A stretch of 64,000 nt of DNA from the NCBI GenBank assembly GCA_040954595.2, contig CM082592.2, positions 4,418,735-4,482,734 of the forward strand, given 5' to 3'. The position numbers and the translations under genes were made by a program. Under the pieces are notes generated by a model that saw only the letters and a program-made list of their open reading frames with translations, ran no database searches and had not been told where the DNA came from. The stretch is from Balanoglossus misakiensis. Lineage: Eukaryota > Animalia > Hemichordata. Shown piece after piece: positions 22,203-34,200 of this stretch. The first letter of the stretch is position 1; each line of letters starts with the position of its first letter.

Positions 22203-25200
22203 ATGATGGATAGCGAGGACAGTGATCGGGACACTCCGTGTGTGAGTAATTTACCGTCGTCCGCCACGACCGCGCTACATGTACCCTCAGGATTTCTAAG
22301 CTCGGCCTCGTCGGCCTGGACTTCGCGAGCCGGGGTGGTTCTGGATTTCCACCCTCCGGTTCTCAACTCGAAAAACAGTGACATGCAAGCGGCCGCCGAG
22401 AGCAGACTGGCGTTCGCGCCGGGGCAGGACGCCGCGAAGGCGATGGCCGCCGGGCAGAGGGATACTAATAACCACGGCCATGCACGTGGACTGGACAGCA
22501 GGAATCCCAAACTTAACAACGGACCTGTGCAAACAGACACGAGGCACGGCCTTCATAATAAGGACACGTCCAGTGATAATAATGCACTGCCCGGGGCACT
22601 GTCGTACGGCAGAGAAATCAGCGGACACAACTCAGCTTCTGAACTTGGTAAGCTCTTTCGTAGATTTCTAGTGACAGAAGAAACCTGATATGTGAAAAAT
22701 GTAAATTTTGAAGTATGTGTAACTGATTAGCGGGGCGTTCACAGTGAACCTTGTAACTCGCTAGATCGTTGGAGCCGTATAAAATGTTACGGAAACACAG
22801 GAGGCAATTTTGAGTTTCTGAGACGTGCGGAGGCGAGAAAGCAGCCTCTGACAGAAAGGTGACAAACCATTATGGCCAGACCCAGCGAGTAATTGAATTT
22901 GGGGGCGACAATGGGTGTATAGAATTTAGAGGGGGAATCTAACCCTGCCTTCATTCAGTAATCTTTGTGTGAGAAGGGCTTTCATCCAGCCGGTAGTTCT
23001 GCCGGATTTTAAGTACATTTTGTACTTAGCGCTCGGATCAGCACGTTGATTTGTATGTGTGGAGATGTCTACACTGGGTCGTGCATTTGCCGTGAGCAGA
23101 GCCCACCAGCCTCATCCAACAAGACAGATTAGAGTCTCTCGGTCATGCATACTTGTAATCAAGTTTCATATGGTCCTCTACTGTGAAAACAATGAATGAA
23201 TCAACAGGTATAACGTTACAGGTTGAAATAAAACATGCTCTCATCCCTGTCACATGTGGGACCTGGGTCCAGCCTTACTGTTGAATACAATTGGATAAGA
23301 CAGAGCATTGATTGGGGATGGGGGTTAAATTTTGGGGGAAGGATTTCCTCGTAGGGCGTTGTTGATACTGCTGAGAATGCAAGATTGATTCTACAAGCAA
23401 CTCAAGTATCTTTCGACGTGTTTTCTGGAGAGATGTGTTATCTTTACAACACTTAACATCAGCCATCTGTCATTCTCGGCAGACTTTCTGTCATACAATT
23501 CTTCAGACTGAAATGTCATGCATGGTCCACAGAGTCACAGATACGACTTCCATGGCTGTGCTGTTCAGAGCAACAATTTGTCAGAAATGTGGTGTCCTTC
23601 ATTCAGAGCATAAGCTTCCCTTGTCTACCGATCTTCCCGCCCCGTAATAAAAAAAAAAACAAGTCAGAAACATGCTTCTTGTAGGTAAATCTATATTGTC
23701 TTAGTATGACCTGTCACATTCAAGGCCACACCAACTTCATCACAGAACTGCATTCTAAACCAATATAACTGGCCACCCTTGTTTATCTGTCTCTCTAAAC
23801 AAAGCGCGGTTTATTCAAGTGAGGTGTGTTTGCTCACCTCTTTTTTTTTAAAGACAAGTTTGCTGTGGGGTTGACACTGCACAAGGTCACCTAGGGAGCC
23901 TGAAAGGAGCATGTGTTTGCATTGTGCCCCGGTTCAGAGATTCATACAAAGGGAGTTTGGTCTCCAAAGAATAATATTTGAATGGCCGCATAAAGAAGCG
24001 CAAAATGGAAAGCAAGAAATAGCGGTAAAAGTCACGCCAGTGTTTTAGGTGACGTGGTGGGAAGTTATATTATGTGGGAGGGCCAGGGAAGCATTTAGAT
24101 TTGAATGGGCATTGGAGTTTTTGAAGTTCGCCCATACATGAAAAGATATGAAACTAATTTACCCGCATTCATTACAGCTGTGTCTTGAAAGCACTTAGCA
24201 GATTTACCGGTACAGATCATGTACAAATGTAACTTCATGTTTCACATTCTCACTGTGAATTCACATGGAAAAAAAGTGTTCTTATTATGCAAACCAAATT
24301 CTGGCCTGGGAAATAAACTAGATTTCTGAATGAAGATGAAGCACTAGCACCCAAATAATGATGTGGAGGACTCCATTTTAGCATCATTGTTCGTGCTGTT
24401 TTTGACGGTTTCATTTCCCCTTCTTGGATGATGTCAAGTGAGAAACAAGTCAAAAGTGTGAAGTGGACTGGATGCTTAAAAAGTTCTCTAGTGTCAAGTT
24501 CAACAAGTGATTTCCAAAGTAAATCATGTAGAGTTCATGTTGAAAGGCTCTTTTGAATATTCATCAGTACTTGACTGTTTAATTGAAAAGTTTGATTTCA
24601 ACCTAAGGTTCCTTTGTAATTGGTAAAGCGTGGTTGAATTGTTCTCATTGTCAACCTGTAATCCCTAAATTGAAAGTTAGTACGGTAATACTTTGCCCAT
24701 TGTTTAACCTTGCTTGTGTATTACCTTGAACCTTGTGTGTAAGAGGGCGAGGGGGGGGGGGCTGCACTTGAACATATTGTCATCTAAAACTGAACAAAAC
24801 ATGAATATTCTTGAAAACCAGTCAAAAATGGCATTGACAGTAGCATAGTTCACAAGCACATTGATCGAGAAATCTCTGGAAAATTGAACTCGTGAATACT
24901 TGACAGGGCTGAAAATACAATGTAAAAGTCATACTGTTCCATACATGTGATTGACTATACAGTGAGCTAGGCACAAATCACTGTACAGTCTGCCAGCTCT
25001 TGGACAGAAACAGTAAAACCATGGTAGTATAGTCACGTAACCCCAGTGTCAGAATGCCCTTGCAAATCAAAAAGCACTCCGTTCACTCCTGCAAAACTTC
25101 AGTGCATGAAAATTACTGGGGCTTTTGTTTCTATTCACTGCAGTTTTATTGTGTGAATTATGGAGCGATAAACTCTTCCCTGCAGAGACACTTACCTGTA

Positions 25201-28200
25201 GCGCAGCAAAAGGACATCGAGCATGATCCCATGCAGTCACAGTGGTTGGCTTCAGTGAGCAACCACCCATGCATACATGGACATCTAAACAAACATACAT
25301 GTAGTGTTTTTTTCCATAAACACGAAAAAAATAAATTTCCATTTCCAGTGGTAAAAATAAGCAAAGCTGTTGTCAGTACTGCTGGCTTCTAATATTGTAG
25401 ATGAAACAAGTGATACTTGGCTTATTTAGAAATCACAAATAACTTGTTAGACCAAAGATATATATTTATTTCATGACAAGTCTGTATAACTGATAAAAAA
25501 TCATTATTTTTAGAATTCCACAAATGACCCGACCCAAAGACATCTTTTAACTTTTTCAAAAGTTGTAATGTATCTTCAATAATTTGTCGCCACAATGGCA
25601 CATATTCAGTAGTTGTAAAATGACGCCAAGTGGGATTCTTTTCAGAAAATCAGCAAAAACAGCGACAAACTCAAAATGGTGCCTGTCGATTATGAAGTGA
25701 TTTGCAGTATCCTGTTAAAACATTCAGAGAATGTTCGTTCAGCTCGTGTGAAGAAAAGGTGGATGAATTGTGGTTTGCTGTAAAAAGCTGTTGGCCTTAC
25801 CCAGTGTGTTTTATGGACCCGTGGTCAAGGACTATTGCATCTTTTGGTGTGTGTTCGTGAATGGACACCTCTTTCACTGTTTCCTTTGTAACGGTCAGGG
25901 TGATAAATTCAACGCGGCATGCCTGTGCAAAGACCATCTTCATTTCAGTACTGTAGGAAATTGTGAAAAGGTTTGGTAAGAGTAGCTTGTTCACATGAGT
26001 GTGGGAGATTGCGAATTGATTTCAAGGTTTGAAGTGGAACGTGTCCGTTTTGGCCGTATTTAATTAAACTTTCTTTGATTAGTTTTCTCGTGCCCCACTC
26101 TCAATATTTCACACCATTTATAAGATTCCCAGACCTGAAAAGGTGTTAACATTTATGCTTGCTGTCTGCAACATGGGTGTTGCCGTTTGAAATGTGGCTA
26201 TACATTTTAAGCACCTTTACACCAAGTCATTAACTTACATAGTTACATGCTCTGGCTAGGAGCAACGTGTCTGAAATCTGGCCGTAGGTGCATGCATGTT
26301 CTCTTTGCACTTCCAAAAGCCAATCTGGTATTAACGTTCTTAACGTGTGCATCTCCCCTCTGTGCAGATGAAAACAAGGGCGCATTCGAACACCAAACGG
26401 CCAGGGAGCAGGCCAAACTCCTGCAGAGGTACAAGCAACTGAAGCAGCTGCAGAAGGAACAGCAGGAGAAACTGCTGCGGAAACAGTTCGAGGAGTTGGA
26501 GCAGCTGAAGAGCGTGCAGGAGAGAGTCAACAATGAGATAGCATTACAGAGGCAGATACAGTGGGGAGGTAGGGATTGTCACTTTAGCATTCGGGGGGAA
26601 ATTGGGAAGATTTATAGGAACAAGTCACTGGATATTGGGGGGGGGGGCAAATACAGTGAGGAGGTAGGGATTGTCAGTCACTAAGCATTTGGGGGGAAAT
26701 TGGGAAGATTTATACTGAACAAGTCACTAGATATTGGGAGGGGGGCAAATACAGTGAGGAGATAGGGACAAGTCAATAAATATTGCAGGGGCAAATACAG
26801 ATTTCAACCACAATATTCTGTATAGTATTTGTAAGGACATACATGTACCAAAGTGTGATAAGGGGAATGGGTTAAAAGTATATATGCAGCTCGGCATAAA
26901 GACAATGGGGGAAATTAGGAAAAGGAACCTCCGGGCTTTAAAAGGACAGGTGAGGAAATAGTTTGGGGAATGATTACAAAGCACACAGTAGCCAGCGGAA
27001 AAATGTATCATACAAACAATGGTACTTTTTTCATTGGCTACTGGCTTACATTTATATACATCGTTTCATGTACATATGTACATATTTGTCTTGTAAGTAT
27101 TGACTTGTTTTTAACACACTTTGACGAATGTAACACAAACAGTTGCTATGAAAAAAATAGTTGAATGTCTGGCAAAACGAACAATAGAACATTGTTAGCA
27201 CTATGTAAATGCCTTCGTAGCTTTCTGGTAGAAATTTCAAAGTCATCTTCATCATCCTGCACGATGACAAGCTACAAGATTGTTTTCAACACACAAACAC
27301 TTTTTTCTTTGTTTCACAAGGAGGTGTGAGTGTGGTCTCCATGGTAATTCAAGAGTTGATTGTCGGCATGTGCCAGGGATACAAATATAGACGTGTTTAC
27401 TTTGATTTGGGCGGAGGATGTATGAGAGTGGAGTTGTGACTTGTCTTGACCCCTGACCCCTGACAACACTTCATCACTGCTGCCAGGAGAAGTACATTTG
27501 TAAAGCCAGTGAGAACCAGTGAAGGGAACCCTAGTGGGGGGAGGGGTAGTGCGGGAAGATTTTAGAGCTTACAAAATAAGTCTTCATTATATAGCATCAG
27601 TTCTAACTCAATTACAATAGTAAACATTGTTCAGTACGGTAATTGATAAAAAGGTTACTGATCAGCACAAAGTAAAAAGTGAAATGATGATGTTTCAAAA
27701 TATTTTCTGGGTGAAGACTAATTTGAATACCAGTTTAATAAATAAAGTCACTGTTACAATGAAGTTGTGAAATCCATAATTGTGTCTTGTAGAAAGTTGC
27801 ATCCTTGTTATTGCCAGCCTAAACTAGCTCAGTTGTGACTACAACATTTATAAATAGGTAGTCAGTCATGCAAACTTAGAGAATTTCCTTGTATATGGTA
27901 GAATATGTTCTTGTGAAACCAAAGGAGTTGTGTATGCCTGTCAGTGCAATTTTCTGCCTAATAGTCAAAAGCATAGCTCTAGCTGAGATGGCTGCACCTT
28001 CTGGTAGTCAGTGGTGACTACCATTTTGCAGAGATAGTAGTCAGTAAGGAGTAATTTGTAGTCAGTTGGCATGTGACTACTGCTAATTTTGAGCCCTGGA
28101 CTGCTCTCTCTCATTTAAGAATTTGCTTCGTATCTCTAATCATCTCCTTGTAGATGCTCAAAGTTCAAGGCTACTATTTTCACACTCTTTACTACATTTT

Positions 28201-31200
28201 GGTTCAGGTTCTTCAGGGTCAGGTCCACAGCCGACGACGGGCGAGGTGTCGTCGCGCCGACCGCCACCATCCGCAGCATCGACACCGTCCCTCAAACCGA
28301 GCACCATACCTCAGATTCTTGCCAACGCTGCCATCAAATCTTCTGCCAGCGGAGACAGCGTCGTCCAGCAGCAGACGCACCAAGACCCTCCACCGAAACA
28401 GCTTATAAAGGTGAGTCGCAACAATTGGTGTCCATACTCATAACCTTTCATTTAATTTCAGAAAGCTTTTCCAAAACCAGGTTTATTACTGTAAACACTT
28501 TATTTTCGCGAGTCAAAATGTTGCGATATCGAGAGAGGCCACTGTTTCACGAGTATTAATTTTCGCGTTCTCTTATTTCATTCACTGCATCGTTATCTTC
28601 AACAACAAAAAATACACAACTTTTTATTTTCACGCTATTTTGGCTCTCGCGTATTTCACGAAAATGTATTGCTCGTGAAAATAAAGTGTTTTACAGTATA
28701 TAGTCACATCCAAAAATCACATCCCAGGACTTGAATACCAAAACACGCTCAGAAATCACACAGGTGTTTATACCTCCAACCTCAGACGACCACCACAAGT
28801 CTGACCACCAACAACAACCAACCCTTGGCTAAATATTATCACCTACACTTAGTTCAACAAGGTGTGAAGTAGCTGATGATATCCACTCATGTGAACATTC
28901 CAGTCTGGCCTAGACTCCCCTAACGTGTCAAAAATAACTGCCGGTAAATAATTAGTAAAAGCGGGTCTTCTGTCTGAAGCTACTTGATTAATTAATTCAT
29001 TGAACCACTGTCCAATATATCTGCATTGAATAGTGACAATTTCTGGACTTCCAGAAATTTGCTTAACTTTATCATGGTCCTCCAAACAGATGTTACCGAC
29101 AACCATAGCAGCATTAGGTGAATTTGCTGATGGTGATGTATAATTCCTCAGCTTTACTGTCTTATTGAGCGTGACTGGATTTATGCAAATTCCAGGTTTC
29201 ATGTCCCCACATGAATACATTCAATAGGGCGCTGTGTCGTAACACCAGTGGGCATTTATACTTGGCAGGGAATTAGAATGTCAGACCAGAGTGTTTCCAC
29301 ATTGTTGCTTTAATTAATTTGTAGTGGCGGGCATGTTCTGGGCAATTAACAACTATTGTGATCAGATGTGGCGTTCTTGTAAGAGGGGATGTTCGGTGCT
29401 TGTTCTTGAGGGGGGAAAAGTTAGCCGGGGATAGATTTTGATTTGCATATTCGACCGAGCCCGCCGTTAAAGAGGAGCTTCGGAGCCAGACATGTCAGCC
29501 CCGGCTGCAGCCTCCATTGTTGCCGGGCGGTTACCGGTTGCCGTGATACGGCGGGGTTCAAGGGAAAGAATGCGACAGGATCCCCGGAGAATGGGACATG
29601 TAATTAGGGTAGCTGTGAGTGGATTCAATGGAGCTTGGCTGGGAGATACTGCGGCAGACACGGATAGCGGCACAGTTTAACCTCGGGTGATTTTGCGCGA
29701 AATTTGGTTAACCGTTAGGCCATTGTCGCACACACACACCGCCCTGCCCCACAGTTATCATGCCAACGAGCATGTGCCTCCCCCCCCCCAAAGGACCAGC
29801 GATCATTAAAACGTGTCGAGTGAAAAAAAGATCCATCATTTCTAGTGGGCCGGACGACGTCGTAAAATGTCTACAGCTTTTTTCATGGGATTCCAGTCTT
29901 GTATCATTCAGTCTATTCAAAAGGCTTTTTTTTTCTCTCTCTCTCCTGGGAACAAAAAGATTGAATTCTTCGAGAGTATGTTTTTCAATTCACTCTGCTA
30001 AGAAGTCTGTGACCTGGGTTCAGACGATCGCGCCTGTCCAGAAATGGGACATTTCATCTCTTTCATAAACTCCGCGCAGATTTACGGATGTATTCAAAAT
30101 GCATGTTACAGGATAGATCACATTAGAATGACATGGCCTTTGCTGATACATGTAATAACAGTTGTAAGAACGTGCTCAGAGAATAATTTTCAACCCAAAC
30201 TGGCAAATGTCACAAATTTTGATGTGAACCCACCCTTTTATTTCAACAGCGCAGAATGATGCAAAAGTTTTTCAAGTCGTTCGCGTATACAAAATTCACT
30301 CTAAACAAATTGCTTTGCAGCTAACCTTATCCAATTGGATGCTTCTGCACACTGAGTTCTGTGAAGGGCAATGGACTGTACATTTGTCCCATTGAGATGG
30401 TATTACCGCTAATCCAGTAGACCTACATTGTGATTTTGCTGACTTAGAGCTGAAAGGGGTTAGAAGAATCACTCACAATTGTCACGTTTCACAGAACAAA
30501 TAGTTTACCCCCACATACACTCCAACGCATCTACCCGTAATCCCCTAATTCTGCTGCCAATAAAATCTCTGAACTCTTCTGACAGGCAAAGAATTGAAAT
30601 CCCACTGTATGTATGGACAACTAGCTTTCTATGTCTACGTACCTTATGCTTGGCAGGTAAACAAATTATTTGTAATAGTTTATTGAAAGACAACATCTTC
30701 AGTTATGGATGATATGTATGTCTTTAAAAACAGTGAACAATACTGTTGATATAGATCTTTCTATTATAGTTAAAACATCCTGAAAATTATGAAAGGACCA
30801 AATGCATTCAAATCACGACCATACCAAAAAAGGTGCCTGAAAATAAATGGTAAACACCGATTATTCATTTTGGCGAGTTTTTCATGCTCACATCTTCAAG
30901 TGGGATGGAAGTTGTGTGGTCGAACGTTGATTCACTATATATCCACATGTAGGATAACATAAACGATGTCTTGTATCAAACATAATTAATGGAAAAAGGG
31001 CAGCGAGAGAGAGTAATGTCCCTTTAAAAGGAAAGTGCCTGGGGAAAGTGAGTCTAGCATACAGGACACACAAAGCTGCAGTGATGATACCATATTTTTG
31101 GCAATTGAAGGGATTCTGTTCTTTGATGTGTACCGTATCTCTTCACACCCTACAAATCTCTCTTTAGTGTTCATTTCTGTAAATCACTTTGACTGCATTC

Positions 31201-34200
31201 CTCAGAGGTATAGAACAAACCCTACAGTTACCCTGGTGTCTTACACTTACAGAGAAAGAAGGTCGCTTTCGTAATCGTTGAAACACGTGTCACTATTATA
31301 AAACTTTGCATATGAGTCCGTCTTTCAAGATTTAATTTATGTTCTGGCCATCCCTCTGCGGGTACAGATTCAAATAGATTTACTTCACCATCACAGAACT
31401 TTGAGTTTGAGATCATTGTCTTTGTATAGGCGTTGCTTTACGAAAGGCGGCCATTGTATCAAAAGAGCTCTTCCAGCGTAGGTTGCTGGGCAACGAAAAA
31501 AAAGATCTTGAGGGGTGATATATAATGGAAACTAGTAAAAATTTGGGGTTGTTTTCACTCAGACTGACTGAGAGAGAATTTATGGACGTTTCTTTGAGTT
31601 AACTGTATCACCGTCGCGTCTGAAAAGGAAAAAGAGAATGTCCACGGGCATCACAGCGGTGTAGTATGTCATTTCACCAGCATCTTTCCGCACTTCTCCA
31701 CCATGATTACTGTACACTATAAAACTGCCACCTTTTCAGCTTGGAACTGCTCCCAAAGTTTTCCCCATCCCTGGGTGATGGGCTTAGCATTATGACACTG
31801 GTGAGGCTTATAGGCCCACACAAAGTACATGTACAACTTAACACCGACTTGCAAGCCAAGGTCTGTAGAGTACAGCTGACATTTAAACAAGGCACATCTA
31901 CCAACAGGGAAATCTGCAGTAGAGTACGCACACATAATCTTAGCCGATTGCCCGGACACGCGCTTTCTATTGTGTACTGCCGACCCCTCTCTCATTACAG
32001 AAGCTTAAGATAATGTAGCCGTAATCCTGCTCAGGGCATTGCGGAAGCCTTCTCTGGTCATAATACTGGGATCTCACCTATAAAGGCCAAGGCATTGATC
32101 AGTGGTATCAAGTTCGTCCGAGAGGTGTAGGACATTTGGGGTCGCGTAATCTCTTGTTTTTCATTCCAATCATAAGCCCGTAAAAAATTGTTAATATGCA
32201 ACGTAATTTGATGCCATATAATTTTAATTTTAATACGCATGTCATGAATATTGCAGTCACTGGCACAGTTACAGCTCAATGCCATTGTTGAGCAGACCCC
32301 CAGCCCACTCAACATGCAGTGAAGCAGAAAGGGTTTATTAATTGCGATGTCTGGGTTTACCATGTAAGCTCAAAGCCGTTAGCTGGTATGCAAACAAACC
32401 ACACGCTTACTACCATTACTACCTTGCTTCATGCATATTTGGTCACCCAACGCAGTGGAACTGATTACAGTTACCACCGGGCAATAGACTGTTTTCCAAA
32501 CTCTATGAGATCCTGCGAGATTTGGCGTGGCTAGGCAATCTTTGCGGGAGGACATTCTCGTGTGACACAGGCCCATCATGTTAAATGGCAGAGAAGTGAC
32601 AGATTTTGTTAAACTCTGCACCTACATGTGTTTCATGCAAATCTTGACTTATTATACGTCACCTACAACCCATTGCTACGATAAATAACCAAGTCTCGCA
32701 AGATCTCTCAATGAGTGGAAAATCATCTTTTGAAATGTTCCAGTTCAATGCACTGTAGAAAATACAAAATAATCACTTTGCCAACTGCAAGACCCTCAGT
32801 TCTGGCTTTTTGTAGCCATCAGCATACTTGGTAAACTACCAATACATGTATACATGTACGCTATCATTTTGAATAGCATACAATCAGGCTTGTGATATAA
32901 AGTACTTGAAATTCAGATATCTATGTGTGTCAGTGGTAGATACATGTTCGTGCAAGTTAATTTGTAAGCCAATGGAATAAAGTGCAGGAATCCGTCCAAT
33001 CTGTTGGGTTCTATCGAACAAGGGGTTATTGGTTGCAACCTTGAGATTTGAGTGGCTTATTCATTTTTGTGCTTTATTTGCAAATTGTGAGCTGCTTATC
33101 CAAACACTTTAAAGCACTTTTTTGTGTGGCGGTTATCAATGGCTGCTGACTGCTCTTCCAACTTATAACTCTGGATCTTTTTTTCTTCCTTTATTGCAGC
33201 CGTTCATTCCTCAGCCCTCACTCCCCCTGGAGCACGAGCCGAATGCGTACGACTCGGAGCTGGACTCGGCCAGTGACGTCCCCAGCAGTACTATGATCGA
33301 GGGGGTGGAGCCGCTTCCCGACACGGCCTCCGAGTTGAGCGACTTGCCCGGCGAGGACCGACATTCCAGGCCCCAGCCAGTGGTCGCCATGGAGACTATT
33401 GCTGATAATGAAGAGCGTGAAGAGAAGGCAAGTCGGTTGTTCATTGTCATGGAGATTCAACCTTGGAACCGTGTGTATTGATATCCCCGCCCAGGCTAAC
33501 TGTCACTTGCATTTGCCTTGCTGCCATCTTTGTCCTCTTTTCACAAAATCCAGTTCAAATCATGTGTTGCCTGTTTTAGCACCTGTGTATAAAATTACTT
33601 CAACAGTTCAAAAATCACTTGGTCTTGTTCAGGATTAGGAAGTCAAGGGGACAAAAAACAAACAAAATAAAAATGGGATTTTTAAAATCCAAATCTTTGT
33701 GTGGGAAAATTTGGGGTGTATTTCTTTTCAAGCATAAAGTAAATTTATATACTAATTCAAATACATACAACAAATAAAAAGAACTGCTGTGATAGAATAA
33801 ATGGACTTGCACCATGTTAAGGCAGCTCAATGAAGCTGTCTGCATGCTGAAATGGTATCCAAACTTCAAGAAAGCTTCACGTCTTGTCTCAGCTGATGCA
33901 GTTTCTATAGCTTGGTGGAAATAATATTTCTTGGCTAGTATGTACTGTAGACAATCTCAAGTTATTAATGCAGTTGGGATATCTTAAAAAATAGTAAGCT
34001 AAAAGTTTATCAAACTGATAGCTGATGATGTTAAGGGTTGGTTGGCATTTTTAGTGCCAGTGCATGTACTAGAAGTGTTTCAACTCAAGGGGATTTGTTG
34101 GAAAGTGAAATAAAATAAATCACGTAGCTGATAGAGCTGAGGTGAGCTGAGCTTAAAAGAATATTACCTACATGTACTTTGTTGTCTTGAGTGAGGTTAA

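Noticed and set aside
27960-28098. hAT-like end (…gagccctg) with repeated gtagtca/tgactac motifs
   Set aside because: No matching left terminus or 8-bp TSD was found; too decayed to call.
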